From positions 256,661-320,660 of the forward strand of contig CAZNJU010000001.1 in NCBI GenBank assembly GCA_964573625.1: a stretch of 64,000 nucleotides of DNA, written 5' to 3'. The stretch is from Candidatus Woesearchaeota archaeon. Lineage in GTDB: Archaea > Nanobdellota > Nanobdellia > Pacearchaeales > GW2011-AR1. Position numbers and translations under genes: made by a program. Within the stretch, counting starts at the first letter, position 1, and every line of letters begins with the position of its first letter. The notes beneath the pieces were generated by a model. That model was not told the DNA's origin and did no database searches. It worked only from the letters and a program-made list of their open reading frames with translations. Of the stretch, positions 30,145-37,387 are shown one piece after another.

Positions 30145-30891
30145 TTAATCTTGTCTTTTGTACTGTAGGAGCGTCACACCTAGTTTACTGGCGGGACGAA
30201 TTAAAGGAGTCGAAGACGAATGAAACCTCCAACCAAGCACTCTTTCAGACTCGCTATACATTTTCTTACCCCTAAATCGTTTCGCATCATGGGTAAAACC
30301 AGGGATTTCGACTTTCCTTAGGCGACTAATAGGCACCTCCGTGATTAAAGAAAAGATTCCTCCCCGAGTTAAACGATTACAAGTTTCTTTCACTAAATCA
30401 TTAAATTCCTTTTCTATAGAAGGAAATTCAGCGTATTCTGGATAATTTCCAATTAAAGGTACTGCTGGGAAAAAGAAATAGGCACTTTCAAAAGCACCCA
30501 ATGAAGAAAGGTCAAATCCTCTGCCAAGGTATTCTTGAACAACCTTCATCCTCTTCGAATCATAACCTGCAATATCACCATGAAGGGCAACCAATTCATC
30601 TAAACCGGCATCTATTTTTTGATCGATACCAAATGGAAAAGGTTCAACTACCACTACTTCTCTCGCACCTGCTCTTAAAAAATCGGCAGAACTGACCATT
30701 TCTAATGGACCAATATCTAAAACTCTTTTATCTTTAATCTGGGAAGGATTAACAACCTTGTTGAATAAAGTTGAGTCGTAAATTCCCATTTGGCCTTCCA
30801 AGTAAGGTTTGGTTTTTCTCGTTAAAATGAGGTCTCCAGTCATAGTAAACAGCCTAGAAAGGTGCTCTTCTAGTAATTCTATCATGGTCAT
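30145..30891 (-). CDS. Putative class I SAM-dependent methyltransferase-like protein
   Basis: KRVLDIG...AGAREVVVVE and LTRGG motifs. Confidence 0.45.
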   Translation of the reverse strand: MTMIELLEEHLSRLFTMTGDLILTRKTKPYLEGQMGIYDSTLFNKVVNPSQIKDKRVLDIGPLEMVSSADFLRAGAREVVVVEPFPFGIDQKIDAGLDELVALHGDIAGYDSKRMKVVQEYLGRGFDLSSLGAFESAYFFFPAVPLIGNYPEYAEFPSIEKEFNDLVKETCNRLTRGGIFSLITEVPISRLRKVEIPGFTHDAKRFRGKKMYSESERVLGWRFHSSSTPLIRPASKLGVTLLQYKRQD

Positions 30892-30955
30892 GACGATACT
30901 GAAGGAGTTTTAAACATTTCCCTATATTTATATAAGTAAATCTCTAAGAAAAGAC

Positions 30956-31258
30956 ATGCCTTCAGTATCGTCAAAAACAAAGGACCGCATCTCAGAACAA
31001 ATATTAGCTTACTTATTCTCCCAATCGCCCGAGCCTCGCTACACAGTTCATATTGCATCATCAATCGCCCGAGACGAAGAGTTCACAAAAGCACTTCTTC
31101 TTGACTTAGAAAAGCGCAAGCTAGTAGTAAAAGTAACAAAGAGTTCTCAAGGCTTCGACTACCTTCGTCGTCAACGCTGGCGTCTCTCAGATGCAGCCTT
31201 CTCAGCATATAATCAGATGTCTAAGCAGAGATCTACGACTTTCATCGATGAAGAGTAA
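30956..31258 (+). CDS. Small winged-helix protein
   Basis: QILAYL...TVHIASSIARDEEFTKALLLDLEKRKLV HTH-like pattern followed by wing. Confidence 0.6.
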   Translation: MPSVSSKTKDRISEQILAYLFSQSPEPRYTVHIASSIARDEEFTKALLLDLEKRKLVVKVTKSSQGFDYLRRQRWRLSDAAFSAYNQMSKQRSTTFIDEE

Positions 31259-31264
31259 TCAATT

Positions 31265-31801
31265 TTAACGACTAGACCAGTCATAAACAGAACTAATAAT
31301 TGCTTGTCCTTCCAAAAAAGCATGTGCATGCCACATAAGAAAAGGTTCTATTTCTTTCGGTGCTTCCTTTAGATAGGGTGCTTTCGACTCTGCTTCCCAC
31401 ACATTATCGAATAGTCTAGTAAGGGGATGACCTTTGTTCTTATAGATTTGGCGTACCATATCCGTGCCATTGAAACTTTTCCGGGTTTTTAACACCAGAT
31501 CAATATCCTCTTGTCCAATAATGGGTAAACAAGATTCTTCTCTTAAATCTAATTCATAAAAAGCAGCTAGTAAAACAGAACTTCCACCATAATAAGACAT
31601 TGCAGCACATAATCGAGAAAGACCCTCCTCATGACCTTCTAATTTTTTGCGTTGTAGTACGTTCGACGAAACTTGGGATATATGAGCATTATAATCTTCC
31701 TGACAACGTACACGAAAAAGTATACTCTTTGGGAGTTGAGAGACCCCAGCAATACTAATTAACTGATCTACGGCCTTAGAGGATATTTCAAGTTGACTCA
31801 T
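31265..31801 (-). CDS. Hypothetical protein
   Basis: 178-aa ORF with upstream TATA-like box. Confidence 0.5.
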   Translation of the reverse strand: MSQLEISSKAVDQLISIAGVSQLPKSILFRVRCQEDYNAHISQVSSNVLQRKKLEGHEEGLSRLCAAMSYYGGSSVLLAAFYELDLREESCLPIIGQEDIDLVLKTRKSFNGTDMVRQIYKNKGHPLTRLFDNVWEAESKAPYLKEAPKEIEPFLMWHAHAFLEGQAIISSVYDWSSR

Positions 31802-31873
31802 AAAATAAGCAAGTCAAATCCTATTTAAATCTAACCACAACAATCCTTATAATATCCAAAAATATCAAAAGAT

Positions 31874-32503
31874 ATGGATCCTATAAAAGAAGCATTTCTA
31901 AAAGCAAAGCAAGATATACAGTTTTTGAATGAAAAAATAGACAAATTAACCCAAGAACTAGAAGAATTAAAGCGAACTCTAAATACATCATATCAGTCAG
32001 TTCAGCCAACCAACCAACAGATGATTCCAACACATCAACACCCTCTAGAACACTTAAAAAGCTCAAAAACAAGCTTCTCCACTGGAAATGAAGGGGTTCC
32101 AACCAACCAACCAACAATCCAACCAACCAACCAACGCACTGGAAATGAAGGGGTTCCCGATAAGATCAGCCATCTTGAACGAGTTTCAGAGATCCTAGGA
32201 TCTCTCGATGCATTAAAGAAAGAAGTTCGCATTAAATTTAAGAAGCTTACCCAGCAAGAAATGGCTATATACGGAGCAATTTACCAGCTTCAAGAGCAAG
32301 GAAATATCGTCGATTACACCTTATTAGCCTCAAAACTCAAATTATCAGAGATTTCAATACGTGACTATATTCGAAAAATAGCTACCAAGGGCATCCCTCT
32401 CAACAAAGAAAAAGTCGATAATAAAAAAATTAGGCTCACAATTCCAGAGGATTTGCGCCGAGTAGCAACCCTAGAAACGATTTTAGCTCTCCGCGAGCTA
32501 TAA
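31874..32503 (+). CDS. Coiled-coil + repeat linker + C-terminal winged-helix protein
   Basis: N-terminal heptads; LTQQEMAIY...YTLLASKLKLSEISIRDYIRKI HTH. Confidence 0.75.
   Translation: MDPIKEAFLKAKQDIQFLNEKIDKLTQELEELKRTLNTSYQSVQPTNQQMIPTHQHPLEHLKSSKTSFSTGNEGVPTNQPTIQPTNQRTGNEGVPDKISHLERVSEILGSLDALKKEVRIKFKKLTQQEMAIYGAIYQLQEQGNIVDYTLLASKLKLSEISIRDYIRKIATKGIPLNKEKVDNKKIRLTIPEDLRRVATLETILALREL
32080..32157 (+). repeat. Two identical 21-bp ORB-like direct repeats separated by a (CCAA)n tract
   Basis: CACTGGAAATGAAGGGGTTCC at 32080-32100 and 32137-32157. Confidence 0.85.
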
Positions 32504-32603
32504 ATATCACTCCTTTCGGTATACCGAATAAAATAGGGGCTTAGCTATACCTTTTCCTTTCAAACTGTTCTATCAAAATTCGTTTTAACGCGAACTTTTG
32601 ACA

Positions 32604-32914
32604 CTCACTTTTTGATCACTCAGAATCATCGCTTATCAGCGTGGATGATCCCTCACTTTTTGCACAAAAAAGGGCCAACAGTACCCTCTTTTTGAATCAA
32701 AATCCAGTAAATATCACTCACTTTTCACTTCCTCCGCTATAGCTTGCTCATAATCCTCACTTTTCTCTTCTTTTTCCCCCTTTTTGAGGCGTTTTTCCTT
32801 GCCCTTAACTCTCACTTTTGCGTATTTTAGGAGTTTAATACGAACTTCTTCACTAATAAACACTCTCTTTTTCCCATTTCCCTCAGTTATCTCCTCAATC
32901 AAGCCCTCACTTTT
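32604..32914 (+). repeat. Six same-orientation CTCACTTTT nonamers
   Basis: Copies start at 32604, 32652, 32717, 32756, 32811, 32906. Confidence 0.75.
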
Positions 32915-33403
32915 CTGCTTTATAGCATTTATTTGTCCTCTAACCGTACTTCTCTCTTTTCCAAGTAGCCTGGCTAGATCCTCATAGCTCAACTTCAGGC
33001 CCTCTCCGGCATTCAATAGGGTAAAAATCAATAGTCTCTCATTAGCTGATAGTTGATTCAAAATAGCATATAAATTACCTGTTTGAACAGGTGTTTGAAC
33101 ATCTTCTTCAACATCTTCAACAGCTGTTTGTTTGTCTAAAACACCCGTTTTTTTAAACAGCTGTTTGTTTTTTGCCTCAAAATCAACTAAGCTTAAACCT
33201 TCACGGAGCGATTCAATCTCTTCACGAACCGTCGCTAAATCCAATTTTAGGCTGTTTATCTCATCAAACAGCTGTTTGTCATGAGTATCCAGGTGTTTAA
33301 TCCAGCTTCCAACTTTCTCAAGATCCTTTTTAACTCCAGAAAAACCATGTTTGGTTGCTTCCTCTAATTTCTTATCCTTGTTTCCGAAAATCCATCCAAA
33401 CAT
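32714..33403 (-). CDS. Coiled-coil + C-terminal winged-helix protein
   Basis: Start trimmed to MFGWIFG; LSANERLLIFTLL...SYEDLARLLGKERSTVRGQINAI HTH. Confidence 0.75.
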   Translation of the reverse strand: MFGWIFGNKDKKLEEATKHGFSGVKKDLEKVGSWIKHLDTHDKQLFDEINSLKLDLATVREEIESLREGLSLVDFEAKNKQLFKKTGVLDKQTAVEDVEEDVQTPVQTGNLYAILNQLSANERLLIFTLLNAGEGLKLSYEDLARLLGKERSTVRGQINAIKQKSEGLIEEITEGNGKKRVFISEEVRIKLLKYAKVRVKGKEKRLKKGEKEEKSEDYEQAIAEEVKSE

Positions 33404-33685
33404 AAACACCTTAAAACCCCTGTATTTATAAACTTTACGCCTTTTTACACATTCCAACACATCCTCCAACACACCAAAAAAACACCCCTGTTTAAACAGG
33501 CAAACAGCCCATAAACACCCCTTTTTCAAAAGCAAACAGGCAAAAAACACCTTTAAACAGGGTCAAACACCCCTAGAATAATCGACGATAAAACAGCCCA
33601 ACAGCTGTTTAAACACTCTTGCCTCAATTATCAGTGAGGCGCGAAGCGCCGAACGCGCCCGACAACACAAAAAACACCTGTTTTT
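33078..33685. repeat. Dense array of AAACA(G/C)/(G/C)TGTTT motifs including palindromes AAACAGCTGTTT and CTGTTTAAACAG
   Basis: AACAGCTGTT at 33119, 33156, 33267, 33600; many half-sites in 33470-33620. Confidence 0.8.
33620..33666 (+). repeat. 47-bp hairpin element, copy 1
   Basis: TGCCTCAATTATCAGTGAGGCGCGAAGCGCCGAACGCGCCCGACAAC; 44/47 identical to 34417-34463. Confidence 0.9.
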
Positions 33686-33730
33686 AGGGCAATTCACAAG
33701 ATATTTAAACTTCAGTACCCTTAACAAAAC

Positions 33731-33892
33731 ATGGTATTAGTTTCAGTAGCCATTTCAGCCGTATTGGCCATCATTTTAGGCATTTTAATCCTCGTATTCC
33801 CAAGGCTATTACGTTGGGCCGTAGGATTTTATCTGCTCATTTTCGGAGTCCTGCAACTTCTAGCACAGGCGTACCCTTCTTTCTCCCCATAA
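33731..33892 (+). CDS. Small membrane protein, DUF3096-like (53 aa)
   Basis: Manually translated MVLVSVAISAVLAIILGILILVFPRLLRWAVGFYLLIFGVLQLL... Confidence 0.7.
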   Translation: MVLVSVAISAVLAIILGILILVFPRLLRWAVGFYLLIFGVLQLLAQAYPSFSP

Positions 33893-33952
33893 AAATTCCC
33901 CAACACAGGCCCCTTTAGAAAGGATTAAAAACCAATCAAAACACCCAAAACT

Positions 33953-34339
33953 ATGGAAACAGCAAAAAGAATTAATGAAAAACCATCTCCTTTAGTAATC
34001 GCTGCCGCAGCAGTTGGCGCACTAGGCCTCGTGACCTACGGATTCATCACCCAAAAGCCTGCCCCAGAAAGACCTTCTTTGACAGGCAAGGTTACCTATG
34101 AAAGTCCCTTAAGTTTCAGCGGAGGCTTCGCCTATAGTTGGAGAATTGAGACGCCCGAAGGAGATTCACGTCTTATCGGAACATCAGCAGACGTATATTC
34201 TCCCAAGACCAACCAACCAAAACCATTTGGCCTGGGCGATGAAGTAAAAATCGACCTCAGAGGACTCGATCAAACGTACGAGTACGGGCCAAGAATAACG
34301 GATCTAAAATATGCTTCTATAGTTTCAAAAAACAAGTAA
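33953..34339 (+). CDS. Membrane-anchored hypothetical protein
   Basis: N-terminal TM; own TATA-like box. Confidence 0.55.
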   Translation: METAKRINEKPSPLVIAAAAVGALGLVTYGFITQKPAPERPSLTGKVTYESPLSFSGGFAYSWRIETPEGDSRLIGTSADVYSPKTNQPKPFGLGDEVKIDLRGLDQTYEYGPRITDLKYASIVSKNK

Positions 34340-34416
34340 TAAAACTTCTCAGCTTCGCTTAAATCTTTCAGCACCCATTAAAGTTCGTGTTAAAGCCCGC
34401 GAACCCTAAGGAAATA

Positions 34417-34463
34417 TGCCTCAATTAAGAGTGAGGCGCGAAGCGCCGAACGCGCCCGGCAAC
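34417..34463 (+). repeat. 47-bp hairpin element, copy 2
   Basis: See 33620-33666. Confidence 0.9.
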
Positions 34464-34502
34464 GAGTAGAAAAGGTTAAAAACTATAAATCGATCAAAAA
34501 TC

Positions 34503-34886
34503 ATGCACTCACAAACTAAAACAGGCACAGTAACCCTAGAAGGCAAGACCTTCGAAGTAGAGTTGAATAGGCATCATATCGGTAGAACCTATGGAGAGTG
34601 TGAAAAAGATTGTCCAGCAGGATGGCATATGCCTACCTATCAGCTTTTGCAAGAAATAAGAAATTCAGCAGATAGAGACAAATTTAATTTACTTGAAACC
34701 TCAGAATATGTTCAACAGCCAGATGTTCTCTCAAAAGAAAGAGGGTTAGTTGCAGGGTTTGTTGCGAGTTCGGACGGGGCTATTCTTAGTTGCGCCGCGG
34801 ATCCTAAGACCGCCGATTCGGTACTTGGGGTGCGCTATGTGCGTAAACTTTCTGGAGACCCCATTCCTCGGCACGAGAATTGGTAA
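34503..34886 (+). CDS. C-type-lectin-fold (DUF1566/DGR-target-like) protein
   Basis: CPAGWHMPT and C-terminal VAGFVASSDGAILSCAADPKTADSVLGVRYVR resemble DGR variable proteins. Confidence 0.6.
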   Translation: MHSQTKTGTVTLEGKTFEVELNRHHIGRTYGECEKDCPAGWHMPTYQLLQEIRNSADRDKFNLLETSEYVQQPDVLSKERGLVAGFVASSDGAILSCAADPKTADSVLGVRYVRKLSGDPIPRHENW

Positions 34887-34892
34887 AATAAG

Positions 34893-34920
34893 AGTTCGTA
34901 TAAGGTATATTAAGCGAAGT
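34893..34920. other. dif-like Xer recombination site
   Basis: AGTTCGTATAA-GGTATA-TTAAGCGAAGT: 11-6-11 imperfect inverted repeat resembling bacterial dif GGTGCGCATAA-TGTATA-TTATGTTAAAT; xerA 9.5 kb away. Confidence 0.75.
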
Positions 34921-34950
34921 TTTAGAGGGTTTTTAGACAATAATGCGAAC

Positions 34951-35352
34951 TTATTTCTTCAGAATAGGCGGGATTGGTAAGTTTTTCAAGGCTTTTTCTC
35001 CGAATAGGCCTATAAGAAGTCCCCTAAGTCCCCTCTTTGAATCTCGATAATTTGAGTATGCTATTTGATAAGCAATATTTAGTTCCGTTCCTAGTTGAGT
35101 AAACTCCTGTAGTCTCTTAAGCATTTGCTTAGTGCCTCCATAGGTCAGGATGTGGTGGAGAAACTCTTCATGAAATCTCTTAATTTGAAAGTATTCCAAG
35201 TGTAATTTTTTAATTTCTTCAGCTTTTTCTTTCCAGAATTTTAGCCATTTTTCCACATCAAAATCCACCTCCTGATTTCTAAGGCTTAGAAACGGATAAT
35301 ACCTTCCTCGAAAAATTACAGATCCATCACCTAACTCTTCATATTCCTTCAT
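34951..35352 (-). CDS. Hypothetical protein
   Basis: 133-aa ORF. Confidence 0.5.
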   Translation of the reverse strand: MKEYEELGDGSVIFRGRYYPFLSLRNQEVDFDVEKWLKFWKEKAEEIKKLHLEYFQIKRFHEEFLHHILTYGGTKQMLKRLQEFTQLGTELNIAYQIAYSNYRDSKRGLRGLLIGLFGEKALKNLPIPPILKK

Positions 35353-35542
35353 CCGTTTATGGGGCGTACATGATTTTTAATCATTTCTATAGTCTGCAAT
35401 ACATGCTAAAACTTTCTGCTCTCGCTTAAACCTTTCAGCATACAGTATAAGTTCGTTTTAATAAGAAAAACGGTATGCTAGAACTTGTAAGCGTTAATGA
35501 TAATTTTAAGCAGATAATAAAGTTCGTTTTAATTAAAGCAGG

Positions 35543-35935
35543 TTAACTGTTTCTAAAATATAGGAACGTTCGCTCGACCAAACGACCTTCATCGAATCGA
35601 ACGACTCCATTAAGTTGAGCCATACTAAACTCTGGAGTAATTTCGTACTTTGCAAGATATGTCCAAACAGGGTTCTTTCCCCAACCTCTCCCTTTACGAG
35701 AACTGGTCGGTTCACCTATTTCGTTTCTAATTATGCTTCGATCTCGTGCCTCTAGAGAAATTCCTGTTTCTTTAAAATAATAGGCTCCCGATTCAGAGGC
35801 ATCTACACTTGGAAGTCCAATAGCTGCCCGATCACGTAATTGTTTGAGCTTCTCTATAATCTCAGTTGAAGGCATACCCGAGACTAATGTTAATCCTTCC
35901 AATTCAATAATTCCAGGTGTTCGTACCAATGACAT
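35543..35935 (-). CDS. Hypothetical protein
   Basis: 130-aa ORF. Confidence 0.5.
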   Translation of the reverse strand: MSLVRTPGIIELEGLTLVSGMPSTEIIEKLKQLRDRAAIGLPSVDASESGAYYFKETGISLEARDRSIIRNEIGEPTSSRKGRGWGKNPVWTYLAKYEITPEFSMAQLNGVVRFDEGRLVERTFLYFRNS

Positions 35936-36019
35936 GAATTATTCTCTATACCTTCCTTTTTAAGTGTTTCCAAATCCGCTTAGAGATATATTTTTATAGA
36001 CACTCTTAGCTTAAATTAT

Positions 36020-36781
36020 ATGATAAAATCCCCAATGAAAAGACGGGCAGCCAAACTAGGAGTACGCGCAGCGACCTATTATGCGGTAGGCTTTCCTGCC
36101 ACGGTCGCAACAACCTGGCTTGCAGCTGCTATGTATCCAATCGATGGACAACCGAACATGGTCGGAGTAAACACTTCAAAGTCTTCACAACGAATTCAAC
36201 GGCAATATTGTTTTGGATCAGATTCAGGAGATGTTCTTGTAGAAATTCGCGGCGGGCCGTTCAATACAGAAGTCGCACTCTGTCCGACCGGAGCAAATCC
36301 TTCAGGTCTTGTTTACAGTGCAACCATTCGAAAGCAGTATCCCTTGGTTAATCAATCTATAGTGGATACAAGGTTGTTACCTTCATGGGCTACCCTTCCC
36401 GACAATCTTCCCCAAGATAATTTGATTACAACAGGAGCATGGGGTTGGCCCCTTCGAGCGTTGAAAGGTGTCGAGCGAGACCGATTCGTATATACTTCTG
36501 GTTCGCCTAATCCCTTTGTGCGTCCGCATCTCGAAGATTATGTAACACCTTCTTGGCCAACAATGGGATTAGATATTCGCATGCTTCCTACAAAACCGAT
36601 ACCTACGGGACTAGCACTTGATGCGGCAGTTCACGGTGCAGCACTCGCCATACCTCAAATGTCTTTTGCAGCACTCGCATTACTTCGTAAACAATTTAGA
36701 AAACGAAATGGAGCTTGTCTCAAGTGCGGGTATGATATTACTAGTGTAATGATATGTCCTGAGTGTGGGACCAGGTGCTAA
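36020..36781 (+). CDS. Two-TM protein with C-terminal zinc ribbon
   Basis: WGWPLRAL...PTKPIPTGLA...CLKCGYDI...CPECG. Confidence 0.65.
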   Translation: MIKSPMKRRAAKLGVRAATYYAVGFPATVATTWLAAAMYPIDGQPNMVGVNTSKSSQRIQRQYCFGSDSGDVLVEIRGGPFNTEVALCPTGANPSGLVYSATIRKQYPLVNQSIVDTRLLPSWATLPDNLPQDNLITTGAWGWPLRALKGVERDRFVYTSGSPNPFVRPHLEDYVTPSWPTMGLDIRMLPTKPIPTGLALDAAVHGAALAIPQMSFAALALLRKQFRKRNGACLKCGYDITSVMICPECGTRC

Positions 36782-36842
36782 TCATTCTAAAAAATAATTC
36801 AAATAAAATAAGGTATTCTATCTCAAAATTTATAAATCGTAT

Positions 36843-37322
36843 ATGAGGACTAGTTTTATGAAACATCGAATCTGGAATACAAAACCTCTGCCGAGTTTCG
36901 AAGAAAGACTATCTTTTGCACGTTGGAATAAAAAAGGCAATTGCATTGGCACTGCCTTTTTTTTGGCAGGAATGATTAGACAGGAAGGCATAATCTATCC
37001 AGATAAAGCCTACAGACAGTTTCTAGTTGACCTTCCACGGGTAAACTCTCCAGAGTTATATGGGCTTATCGCCTGGCAGCAAGCATTACACACTTCAAAA
37101 ACCATCAAAACTCCATGCGTCTGGACTGCCCATCTTGGGTTGGTAACTTCAATAGATCCGCTCTTGGTCGCTCATCGTCCTGGTCTCCGGAATTTCTTCG
37201 AAGAAGATGCACCTTTTGAAAGACCTAATACGGTGTACGGTAGCCAGGCAGGTAAACGTAATTTTCTAAGATATTATCGAACACCTTTACAAGAAGAAAT
37301 GTTTACACGTAAGCATGGTTAA
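36843..37322 (+). CDS. Hypothetical protein, possible NlpC/P60-like Cys-His fold
   Basis: GNCIG ... HLGLV ... VAH spacing. Confidence 0.4.
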   Translation: MRTSFMKHRIWNTKPLPSFEERLSFARWNKKGNCIGTAFFLAGMIRQEGIIYPDKAYRQFLVDLPRVNSPELYGLIAWQQALHTSKTIKTPCVWTAHLGLVTSIDPLLVAHRPGLRNFFEEDAPFERPNTVYGSQAGKRNFLRYYRTPLQEEMFTRKHG

Positions 37323-37387
37323 TGAAATATCGTTAAGTAAATCAACAAACTGAGCCTCTGAGAATCTTTCTTTATTTTTTATTCTTT

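Noticed and set aside
32080..32157. Possible mini CRISPR array (21-bp repeats with a 36-bp spacer)
   Set aside because: Only two repeats, the spacer is a low-complexity CCAA tract, the unit is in frame within a gene, no cas genes are present, and the repeat matches ORB instead
33404..33550. N-terminal extension of the 278-aa ORF (MFFACLLLKKGCLW...)
   Set aside because: It is a translation of the AAACA repeat array; a TATA-like box precedes the MFGWIFG start
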